Shown in pieces: positions 38,143 through 45,763 of a DNA stretch of 64,000 bases. Both the position numbers and the translations under genes were made by a program. Within the stretch, counting starts at the first letter, position 1. Every line of letters starts with the position of its first letter. The DNA is from Candidatus Kapaibacterium sp. (GTDB lineage Bacteria; Bacteroidota; Ignavibacteria; Tepidaquicellales; Tepidaquicellaceae): NCBI GenBank assembly GCA_041675325.1, contig JBAYUG010000004.1, positions 15,759 to 79,758 of the forward strand. The letters are read 5' to 3'. The notes under the pieces were generated by a model. That model did not search any database. It was not told where the DNA came from and worked only from the letters and a program-made list of their open reading frames with translations.

Positions 38143-39111
38143 ATGAGTCCTGAAGTTAATAATACGGAAATTGTATTCGGTCCGGTACCATCTAGAAGAT
38201 TAGGAAGAAGCATGGGAATCAACAACATCCCTCTGAAAACCTGTAGCTATTCATGTATTTATTGTCAGATTGGTAATACAAATATATTATCAACAAAAAG
38301 AAAAGAAATTTTTAAACCCAAACGAATCTATCATGAGGTATCCGAAAAGGTGATCTTTTTAAAGAGTCTTAACGAGCAAATAGACTATTTAACATTTGTT
38401 GCAGACGGAGAACCCACTCTCGATTTTAGTATTTGCAAAAGTATAGAAATATTAAAACCTTTAGGAATTAATATCGCTGTTATAACAAATTCTTCTTTAC
38501 TTTGGGACAAAGACGTTAGAAATGATTTAATGAAAGCTGATTTAGTCTCAGTCAAAATAGATACGGTTATTCCTGCCATATGGCATAAAATAAACAGACC
38601 TCATGGAAGCTTAGAACTTGATAAGATTATAAATGGAATCAGAGAGTTTGCCGCCGAATATTCAGGAAAATTAGTTACTGAAACGATGCTTATAAAAGAT
38701 GTTAACGATGATAATAAATCGCTACAAGAAACAGCAGTAATTATTAATAGTCTAAGTCCCGCCAAGTCATTTATTTTAATCCCAACTCGTCCAACTGCTG
38801 TAAAATCTGCTATAGCACCAGACGAAGAAATTATTAATATTGCTTTTCAAATATTTAACGATATTATTAAAAATGTGGAGCTCGCAATTTCGTATGAAGG
38901 AACAAACTTTTCATTTCTGTTAAATTCAGAAAAAGAACTACTTAGTATCCTTGCTGTTCATCCAATGCGATACGATGATGTTGAAGAGTTTTTAAAAAAA
39001 TCAAATATGGGCTGGAACACATTTAATCAATTAGTAAATCAACGAATCTTAAAAAAAGTTAAATATCAGGGTAATTATTTCATAATGAAAAGTAATCTCA
39101 ATATATTGTGA
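38143..39111 (+). CDS. Radical SAM protein, paralog 2
   Basis: VFGPVPSRRLGRSMGINN...CSYSCIYC. Collinear with paralog 1 along its whole length, including the C-terminal LLSILAVHP... tail. Confidence 0.88.
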   Translation: MSPEVNNTEIVFGPVPSRRLGRSMGINNIPLKTCSYSCIYCQIGNTNILSTKRKEIFKPKRIYHEVSEKVIFLKSLNEQIDYLTFVADGEPTLDFSICKSIEILKPLGINIAVITNSSLLWDKDVRNDLMKADLVSVKIDTVIPAIWHKINRPHGSLELDKIINGIREFAAEYSGKLVTETMLIKDVNDDNKSLQETAVIINSLSPAKSFILIPTRPTAVKSAIAPDEEIINIAFQIFNDIIKNVELAISYEGTNFSFLLNSEKELLSILAVHPMRYDDVEEFLKKSNMGWNTFNQLVNQRILKKVKYQGNYFIMKSNLNIL

Positions 39112-39163
39112 CAGTATATATTTTTTTAAAAACGTTTATTTAAGTCTAAAATAGGAGATTAAA

Positions 39164-39427
39164 ATGCCAAACTTAAACGGAACATGTCCAATTGGAAATG
39201 GACCAATGACAGGAAATAAATTAGGGAAATGTAACACCCCAAAATCTACTGTAACTGATAGTTCGGTATCCGATAACAGTGCAGCTAATTTTGAAGTGAG
39301 AAAAAGTGCTTTCAATCGTTGGAGAAGATTTGGCTTTGGAGGCGGTAGAGGCTTTGGAGGCGGCAGAGGTTTTGGAGGCGGCAGAGGCTTCGGAGGCGGC
39401 AGGGGCTTCAAAGGTGGCAAAGATTAA
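39164..39427 (+). CDS. DUF5320-like small protein with (GGGRGF)4 C-terminal repeat
   Basis: 87 aa with a strong RBS (TAGGAG, 7 nt spacer). The N-terminus MPNLNGTCPIGNGPMTGNKLGKC resembles the DUF5320 MP..DGTGP.G.GPMTGRG.G.C signature. The tail is FGFGGGRGFGGGRGFGGGRGFGGGRGFKGGKD. Confidence 0.7.
   Translation: MPNLNGTCPIGNGPMTGNKLGKCNTPKSTVTDSSVSDNSAANFEVRKSAFNRWRRFGFGGGRGFGGGRGFGGGRGFGGGRGFKGGKD
39332..39421 (+). repeat. 18-bp in-frame tandem repeat x5 (last copy degenerate) encoding GFGGGR units
   Basis: Units are ggctttggaggcggtaga / ggctttggaggcggcaga / ggttttggaggcggcaga / ggcttcggaggcggcagg / ggcttcaaaggtggcaaa. Confidence 0.9.
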
Positions 39428-39544
39428 ATTATAAATGTACTTTATAGTTTATTTTATCTTGCTGGTTACATCCATTATTATCGATGTATCTGCTTCGTAG
39501 CTTAAACCGGATCAAAAATTGAAAAACACAGAGGGATCTTGATT

Positions 39545-39611
39545 GGTAAAAACTTTGCTCTTGACTTATAAAACAATTATCTTTAAATTTATTATGAGCA
39601 TATGCTCATAA
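39545..39611 (+). promoter_or_regulatory. Promoter plus palindromic operator, copy 2 (upstream of the NifX-like/pdaD operon)
   Basis: GGTAAAAacTTTGCTCTTGACTT contains -35 at 39561-39566. TAAATT lies at 17-nt spacing (39584-39589). A perfect 20-bp palindrome, TTATGAGCATATGCTCATAA, is at 39592-39611. Confidence 0.6.
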
Positions 39612-39639
39612 TAAATAATTAATATTAATAAAAAACCAA

Positions 39640-40050
39640 GTGAAAATTGCAGTAGCTTCAGACAACGGAAAAACAATAACAGGTCACGTTGGGAAATGTG
39701 AAATGTTTATCGTCTTTGATATAAACAACAAAGAAATCACGGGCATTGAAAAAAGAATAAATACTTTTACAATGCACAAAAAAGAAGGTCATCGGCACGA
39801 ACATCATCATGATGAACATAATCCCAACCAGCAAGGCGTTGGAAAGCATTTAGGAATTATTGAAGGTCTAAAAGACTGTAATTATCTTTTTTGTTGTTCT
39901 GGTGGCCAGGGATTAATGAGTGATTTAAATGCAAATGGTATTCAGACGATATTTACCGACGAAGTAGATGCAGAAGATGCTGTTAAATTGTTTCTGGCGG
40001 ATAAATTAAAAAGTGACCCTAATAAACAATGTAGTGGACATAGTCACTAA
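39640..40050 (+). CDS. NifX/NifB-like (dinitrogenase FeMo-cofactor-binding fold) protein with His-rich insert
   Basis: GTG start. [27 protein letters not shown] is the family's typical N-terminus. The insert is [15 protein letters not shown]. Confidence 0.8.
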   Translation: MKIAVASDNGKTITGHVGKCEMFIVFDINNKEITGIEKRINTFTMHKKEGHRHEHHHDEHNPNQQGVGKHLGIIEGLKDCNYLFCCSGGQGLMSDLNANGIQTIFTDEVDAEDAVKLFLADKLKSDPNKQCSGHSH

Positions 40051-40055
40051 ATAAA

Positions 40056-40601
40056 TTGTTCGTACCCACTAAAATATTTTTCACAAAAGGTGTAGGCAGG
40101 CATATAGAATACTTAGCCTCCTTTGAATCTGCGTTACGTAGTGCAGGAATAGAGTTTTGTAATCTCGTAATGGTGAGTAGTATCTTTCCGCCAAATTGCA
40201 AAATGTTATCGAGAGAACAGGGTATTAAAGAAATATTACCGGGACAAATAACATTTGCAGTAATGGCTAGAAACCATACTAATGAACCTAATCGTTTAAT
40301 CGCTTCATCAATAGGCGTTGCCATCCCCTCTGATAAATCGCAGTATGGTTATTTATCTGAATACCATCCTCAGGGAGTCAATGAAAAAACTTGTGGCGAC
40401 TATGCCGAAGATTTAGCCGCTCAAATGCTTGCTTCTACCCTGGACGTAGAGTTCAATACGGATACCGATTGGAATGAAAGGGAACAGGTCTTTAAAATGT
40501 CAGAAAGAATAGTTAAAACTTTTAATATTACTAAAACTGCCAAAGGGGACAAAAACGGATTGTGGACTACTGTTATATCAGCCGCAATTTTGTTACCATA
40601 A
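40056..40601 (+). CDS. pdaD: Pyruvoyl-dependent arginine decarboxylase
   Basis: 181 aa with a TTG start. [16 protein letters not shown]...[12 protein letters not shown] contains the Ser-Ser self-cleavage site characteristic of PdaD. Confidence 0.85.
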   Translation: MFVPTKIFFTKGVGRHIEYLASFESALRSAGIEFCNLVMVSSIFPPNCKMLSREQGIKEILPGQITFAVMARNHTNEPNRLIASSIGVAIPSDKSQYGYLSEYHPQGVNEKTCGDYAEDLAAQMLASTLDVEFNTDTDWNEREQVFKMSERIVKTFNITKTAKGDKNGLWTTVISAAILLP

Positions 40602-40785
40602 TAAATATTATTAGACTTCATTAATTACAAATTTGTTTATAAATTACATTTAAGTATGAACAACAAAGGGCATGCTAAGTTTTGTCTGTGGGAAAAATGA
40701 ATTCTCGAAACAATAGTAAAAATTAGTCACCGTAATGCAATAGTGTTGTACTAAAATGTTTAAAATATTTGAGTATTTATAGATT

Positions 40786-41196
40786 ATGGCAAGACCTGTT
40801 AAACAAAGGAAGATATTAGCGCCACATTCAGACATTTGGTTTTTTCCGGCAGGAAATAGAAATCCCGATGCTGATAGCCTTTTATTCCTTGCCGAGGAAT
40901 TTGAGGCTGTAAAATTAATAGACTATGAGGGCTTAAACCATTCTAAGGCTGCAAAGTTGATGAAAGTATCCAGACCTACATTTACAAGAATATATAAACG
41001 GGCAAGAATTAAATTATCAACATCACTTGTCGAAAAAAGAACTTTGAAACTCTCTGGTGAAAATATTTATTACGGTGATAATTGGCATAAATGCCAAAAC
41101 TGTGAATGTATTTATAATGTTGTAAAAAAATCAAATCCGGAATTTTGTCCGCTTTGTAAGAGTACTAATTTTATAAATATACTAAACATTGATTAA
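40786..41196 (+). CDS. DUF134-family HTH protein with C-terminal 4-Cys zinc ribbon
   Basis: MARPVKQRKI..., EEFEAVKLIDYEGLNHSKAAKLMKVSRPTFTRIYKRAR (HTH), then CQNC...CPLC. Confidence 0.82.
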   Translation: MARPVKQRKILAPHSDIWFFPAGNRNPDADSLLFLAEEFEAVKLIDYEGLNHSKAAKLMKVSRPTFTRIYKRARIKLSTSLVEKRTLKLSGENIYYGDNWHKCQNCECIYNVVKKSNPEFCPLCKSTNFINILNID

Positions 41197-41202
41197 TTTG
41201 AT

Positions 41203-41514
41203 ATGAAGGTAGTAACCGTAAAAGAAGACAATTTGAATTCCCCAATCGAGGATTGCTTTGGAAAAACAAAGTTTTTCTGCTTTATCAAAGATGATATTAA
41301 TAATATTGAGTTTGTATCGAATCCCGGCAATGATTTTTTGAAAAACTCGGGCAAAAAAGCAGTAACATTTTTACACTCAAGGGGTGTTACCTCTGTTATG
41401 TCAGGAAACTATGGAATGACTGTAAAAAAAATGTTCGATAAACACAAGATCCAGACTATTATTATACCTGCAAAATATAAAAACCTAACCCAGCTTTTAA
41501 AAATATTGAAGTAA
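41203..41514 (+). CDS. NifX/NifB-like domain protein (short)
   Basis: 103 aa. MKVVTVKEDNLNSPIEDCFGKTKFFCFI fits the family N-terminus; this is the weakest of the three. Confidence 0.68.
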   Translation: MKVVTVKEDNLNSPIEDCFGKTKFFCFIKDDINNIEFVSNPGNDFLKNSGKKAVTFLHSRGVTSVMSGNYGMTVKKMFDKHKIQTIIIPAKYKNLTQLLKILK

Positions 41515-41581
41515 AAAACTATTCTTAGATGTTAATAGAACAAATAAAAGCAAATAGAATTTCTCAATATCTCTTTTCTTT

Positions 41582-41625
41582 AATCAGCACCATGTGTTTT
41601 AGGGAAAAAACACATGGTGCTGATT
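41582..41625. terminator. Perfect 19-bp-stem hairpin between convergent operons
   Basis: aatcagcaccatgtgtttt-agggaa-aaaacacatggtgctgatt. Confidence 0.8.
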
Positions 41626-41629
41626 TAAT

Positions 41630-42337
41630 TTATTTCTTCACTAATTTATCGAGTATTGTCTTCTCAGGAATTTCTTTAGTACAGAAAAACCAGTCATAAC
41701 ATTTCATCTTTTCTTTGCTTTCCATGCGTTCTTTCGCTACACCACAGGATCCGGCTGTAGGCACTATAACGTCGTCACCAGGTCTCCAGTCTGCCGGGGT
41801 TGCTATCGAGAATTCGTCAGCAGCCTGCATTGCAATTAAAGCTCTGTAAAGCTCATCAAAATTCCTTCCAAGACTCAAAGGGTAATATATAATTGCCCGG
41901 ATTATTCCTTTTGGGTCAATAAAAAATACTGCTCTGACGGCTTTTGTTGAGCTCTCGCCCGGTTGTATCATTCCATACTTTCCTGCTACTTCCATTGTAA
42001 TGTCTTCAATAAGAGGAAACTTAACTTCTACGTCTTTCATGCCTTTGTATTCTATCTTTTCTTTGATGGTTCTCAGCCATGCTATATGACTGTATAATCC
42101 GTCAACCGAGAGACCTACAAGCTTGCAGTTTGCCTTTGCAAACTTGTCTTCCATCGTTGCAAAAGTCATGAACTCAGATGTACAAACAGGAGTAAAATCT
42201 GCCGGATGACTGAATAAAATTACCCAGCTTCCCTTGTAATCTGATGGAAAATTTATATCTCCCTGAGTTGTTACAGCTTTAAAATCAGGGGCTTTTTCGC
42301 CGATTCTCGGCATTGCTATTGCTTTGTTTTCTTCCAT
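41630..42337 (-). CDS. Peroxiredoxin (Prx6 subfamily, archaeal-type with C-terminal Cys pair)
   Basis: 235 aa with FSHPADFTPVCTSE (peroxidatic Cys) and a C-terminal SCGVAKE...KCYDWFFC. Confidence 0.92.
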   Translation of the reverse strand: MEENKAIAMPRIGEKAPDFKAVTTQGDINFPSDYKGSWVILFSHPADFTPVCTSEFMTFATMEDKFAKANCKLVGLSVDGLYSHIAWLRTIKEKIEYKGMKDVEVKFPLIEDITMEVAGKYGMIQPGESSTKAVRAVFFIDPKGIIRAIIYYPLSLGRNFDELYRALIAMQAADEFSIATPADWRPGDDVIVPTAGSCGVAKERMESKEKMKCYDWFFCTKEIPEKTILDKLVKK

Positions 42338-42393
42338 GATTATTTATATTTGGTTTTTAATAAAAAAGGAGTTTGTTATTCTTAATACAACCA

Positions 42394-42798
42394 TTAGTTG
42401 CAATCTGCTCCGTGTTGATGTCTGTGATTGTGTTGATGGTTGTGTCCATGATGATGCTCATGCTCCTTGCACATTTCTCCGTTGTCTTTTATGTTACCGT
42501 TTAGCCAGTCATTTAATACGACTTTTACGTTGCCTGAACATCCTCTTACGACCGCAATACCGTTATCACTTAACTTGTTAACAGCACCGCCTCCGATATT
42601 GCCCGCTAACATTACTTTAACACCAATTTGTGTTAATTTTTCTACAACATTAGATTTGCATCCGCAGCTGTCAGGAGAAGAAATTATTTCTTCGTGTATG
42701 ATTTCTTTCTTGTCGTTCGTTGTGAAAACCATAAAATACTCGCAATGACCAAAGTGGTCATCTACTATACCCGAATGTGTTGGAATTGCTACTTTCAT
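42394..42798 (-). CDS. NifX/NifB-like domain protein with His-rich C-terminal tail
   Basis: MKVAIPTHSGIVDDHFGHCEYFMVFT; the tail is CKEHEHHHGHNHQHNHRHQHGADCN. Confidence 0.82.
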   Translation of the reverse strand: MKVAIPTHSGIVDDHFGHCEYFMVFTTNDKKEIIHEEIISSPDSCGCKSNVVEKLTQIGVKVMLAGNIGGGAVNKLSDNGIAVVRGCSGNVKVVLNDWLNGNIKDNGEMCKEHEHHHGHNHQHNHRHQHGADCN

Positions 42799-42851
42799 CT
42801 TATTTTTCCTTATAATATTTTAAAAAGTAATTCTGTTTTAATTTAAATAAT

Positions 42852-43823
42852 TCATTCATATAAATCATGCTCTCTTAACCAGTCGTCATTATGATACTTC
42901 GATAAATATCTCTCCCCTGTATCACAAACGATAAACACTACAACAGCATTTTCATCAAGGTTCTTTGCAATTTCAAGCGCTGCATAAGCGGCCGTTCCCG
43001 AAGAAGCACCGCAGAAGATACCTTCTTCCAAAGAAAGCCTCTTGCACATATTAATAGAATCTATGTCTTTTACACTTACAATTTCATCAACATAATCGAA
43101 ATTTGTTATCGGTGGAATAATATCTGTTCCCAGACCCTCAATCTGGTGAAGCGTCGTTTCTCCTATCTTTCCCGTATCTTTGTATCTTTTAAAGTTCGAA
43201 CCAATCGGGTCTGCTCCCGTCACCTTTATATTAGGATTCTTTTCCTTTAAATATTTTGAGACACCCGTTATTGTTCCTGCTGTTCCTACTCCGCAAACAA
43301 AATGTGTTATATTTCCGTCTGTATCGTTCCATATTTCTGTACCCGTACCGGAATAATGACTAAAAGGATTTGATTCGTTGGCATATTGATTTAAATTTAT
43401 TGCATTAGGTATTTCTTCAGAAAGTGCTTTCGCTTTATTCCTGTAATAATCTGGTGAGTCAGGCAGAGCCTCTTTTGGTACTATCACAACTTCAGCGCCA
43501 AGAGCTTTTAGATAGTTTCTTTTCTCCTGTCCGATTTTATCTGTCATTACAAGTATTACCCTATAACCTTTAACACGCCCGGCTAATGCAAGACCTATTC
43601 CTGTGTTTCCGCTCGTAGCCTCAACAATTGTTGACCCGGGTTTTAATAAACCCTTACTTTCAGCATCCTCTATCATTGCAAGCCCAACCCTGTCTTTAAC
43701 ACTTCCGCCCGGGTTTGTAAATTCGATTTTAGCAAGTACCGTTGCTTTAATTCCTTTCGTAAGATTATTTATCTTTACAAGTGGTGTGTTGCCTATTAGT
43801 TCAAGTATATTCTTGTAATACAT
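42852..43823 (-). CDS. cysK: Cysteine synthase (O-acetylserine sulfhydrylase / CBS-like PLP enzyme)
   Basis: 323 aa with NPGGSVKDR (PLP Lys), TSGNTG and GTAGT motifs. Confidence 0.88.
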   Translation of the reverse strand: MYYKNILELIGNTPLVKINNLTKGIKATVLAKIEFTNPGGSVKDRVGLAMIEDAESKGLLKPGSTIVEATSGNTGIGLALAGRVKGYRVILVMTDKIGQEKRNYLKALGAEVVIVPKEALPDSPDYYRNKAKALSEEIPNAINLNQYANESNPFSHYSGTGTEIWNDTDGNITHFVCGVGTAGTITGVSKYLKEKNPNIKVTGADPIGSNFKRYKDTGKIGETTLHQIEGLGTDIIPPITNFDYVDEIVSVKDIDSINMCKRLSLEEGIFCGASSGTAAYAALEIAKNLDENAVVVFIVCDTGERYLSKYHNDDWLREHDLYE

Positions 43824-43846
43824 ATTGTTTAATTTGTTTTGTTAGT

Positions 43847-44260
43847 TTAATCTGTCTCTTCTTTTGTACTTATAAGCTTTATACATTTTGGACAATTATT
43901 ATTATTTAATATTTTGTCCGTAAGTATAAAGTTGTTTTTACAAATTTTACATCTGGACTTATTAGTTTTTCCAAAAGTATAACTTCCGCCTTCAATTTTT
44001 ATTGCTTTCCCGAAAAGAATAGCATCTGTAATTTTTGAATGTGCCTTTTCAACAATGCGCCCAAGCGTCTGTCTCGAAATTCCCATTTTCTCAGCTGCTT
44101 CTTCTTGATATAATTTCTTTATGTCAGTTAATGTTATCGCTTCCAGCTCGTCATAGGTTAATACAACTTCCTCAAGATTTCCGAGAGGAATACCTCTCGG
44201 CTTGAAATAGCTGGACTCAGGGCTGAACGATACTTTCCTTATTTTTTTAGGTCTCGGCAT
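43847..44260 (-). CDS. DUF134-family HTH protein with C-terminal 4-Cys zinc ribbon
   Basis: I moved the start to ATG 44260, giving MPRPKKIRKVSF... DELEAITLTDIKKLYQEEAAEKMGISRQTLGRIVEKAH (HTH), then CKIC...CPKC. Confidence 0.82.
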   Translation of the reverse strand: MPRPKKIRKVSFSPESSYFKPRGIPLGNLEEVVLTYDELEAITLTDIKKLYQEEAAEKMGISRQTLGRIVEKAHSKITDAILFGKAIKIEGGSYTFGKTNKSRCKICKNNFILTDKILNNNNCPKCIKLISTKEETD

Positions 44261-44268
44261 AATGTACA

Positions 44269-44288
44269 AAATGGGCATATGCTCATAA
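44269..44288. promoter_or_regulatory. Palindromic operator, copy 3 (DUF134 / cydA divergent region)
   Basis: aaATGgGCATATGCTCATAA matches copy 2 at 17/20. It starts 9 nt upstream of the DUF134 start and ends 97 nt upstream of the cydA ATG. Confidence 0.5.
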
Positions 44289-44384
44289 TAAATCAAGCCA
44301 TTTATAAGCAATAAATTATGAAATAAATTGTACTATATTTTGAAATTATTTCTTTATATGTTTATATCAACCTTATTCAATAGA

Positions 44385-45755
44385 ATGGATACTGAAATAT
44401 TATCAAGAATTCAATTTGCTTTTACAATTGCCTTCCATTACATATACCCTCCGATAAGCATTGGTCTTGGGGTGCTGCTTGTTATTATGGAAGGTATGTA
44501 TGTTAAAACAAAGAATAAAACGTATGAACATATAACAAAGTTCTGGATTAAAATATTTGCGTTGGTCTTTGCTATGGGAGTTGCCACCGGAATTGTCATG
44601 GAGTTTGAATTCGGCACAAATTGGGCGACTTATTCAAGATTTGTTGGAGATGTATTTGGAAGCGCTTTGGCAGCTGAAGGAATTTTTGCTTTCTTTCTTG
44701 AATCGGGTTTTCTTGCTATTCTTGTTTTTGGCTGGAACAGGGTTTCTACTAAAATGCATTTCTTTTCAACCATCATGGTTTCTTTGGGTGCCATGTTAAG
44801 CGCAGTTTGGATTATTGTTGCAAATTCCTGGCAGCAAACCCCCGCGGGGCATCATATTGTTAATAATGCCGGAATCCTGAGAGCAGAAATCATCGATTTC
44901 TGGGCAATGATTTTTAATCCTTCCTCTGTTGACAGGCTTACTCATACTCTATCCGCCGCTTGGTTAACAGGTGCGTTTCTTGTATTAAGCGTCTCTGCAT
45001 ATTATCTGCTTAAGAACAAGCATCTCGATTTTTCCAAAAAATCTATAAAGATTGCTCTCGGACTTGCAATGTTTGCTTCTCTTTTTCAGCTCTTTACAGG
45101 ACACCAAAGTGCTGTTGGCATCAGCGTGAATCAACCGGCAAAACTTGCTGCATTTGAGGGACATTACAACACTTCTCCGGCTCCTCTTTATTTATTTGGA
45201 TGGGTTGATGATAGTCAACAAAAAGTAAATTTTGGAGTTTCCGTCCCTGGTATGTTGAGCTATCTTGTTCACGGAGATTCGAAAACCTCCATTGTGGGTT
45301 TGAATGAATTTCGTAAGGAAGATAGACCGCCCGTAAATCTTGTATTCCAATCTTATCATCTTATGGTTGCAATAGGTATGATTTTGATTGGAATCAGTTC
45401 TCTGTCAATAATAATGCTCCGAAAAGAGAAGTTGTTTAAAAGTAAAATAATGCTTAAGGTACTGGTTTTGTCTGTTCTTCTCCCGCAGGCGGCTAATCAA
45501 CTCGGGTGGATGTCTGCCGAAGTTGGCAGGCAGCCATGGATAGTTTACAACCTGCTTCGTACTAAGGATGCTCTTTCAAAATCAGTTACAGGAAGCGAAG
45601 TGTTGTTTTCTCTTATATTGTTTCTGTTAATCTATGCCCTGCTGTTTATATTATTTTTGTTCTTGCTCGATAGAAAGATTAAACATGGACCCGATATAAG
45701 TGATAATTCTGACGATGTTTATTCATCTCAGAAAGGAATGTTAAACAAAAATTAA
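44385..45755 (+). CDS. cydA: Cytochrome bd ubiquinol oxidase subunit I
   Basis: I moved the start to ATG 44385. [23 protein letters not shown] and [12 protein letters not shown] are present. Confidence 0.93.
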   Translation: MDTEILSRIQFAFTIAFHYIYPPISIGLGVLLVIMEGMYVKTKNKTYEHITKFWIKIFALVFAMGVATGIVMEFEFGTNWATYSRFVGDVFGSALAAEGIFAFFLESGFLAILVFGWNRVSTKMHFFSTIMVSLGAMLSAVWIIVANSWQQTPAGHHIVNNAGILRAEIIDFWAMIFNPSSVDRLTHTLSAAWLTGAFLVLSVSAYYLLKNKHLDFSKKSIKIALGLAMFASLFQLFTGHQSAVGISVNQPAKLAAFEGHYNTSPAPLYLFGWVDDSQQKVNFGVSVPGMLSYLVHGDSKTSIVGLNEFRKEDRPPVNLVFQSYHLMVAIGMILIGISSLSIIMLRKEKLFKSKIMLKVLVLSVLLPQAANQLGWMSAEVGRQPWIVYNLLRTKDALSKSVTGSEVLFSLILFLLIYALLFILFLFLLDRKIKHGPDISDNSDDVYSSQKGMLNKN

Positions 45756-45763
45756 ATCAAACT

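Noticed and set aside
39136-39420. Minus-strand ORF (94 aa) encoding PPLKPLPPPKP repeats.
   Set aside because: It is the mirror image of the plus-strand GGGRGF repeat. The plus-strand ORF has a strong RBS and a family-like N-terminus, whereas the antisense ORF has neither. I treat it as a repeat-induced artefact.
39592-39611. Rex (TTGTGAA-N4-TTCACAA) or FNR (TTGAT-N4-ATCAA) box, since Rex and FNR commonly control cydAB.
   Set aside because: The half-site sequence is TGARC, and when aligned on TGAA/TTCA the spacing differs by 2 nt from Rex. There is no TTGAT/ATCAA. I left the regulator unassigned.
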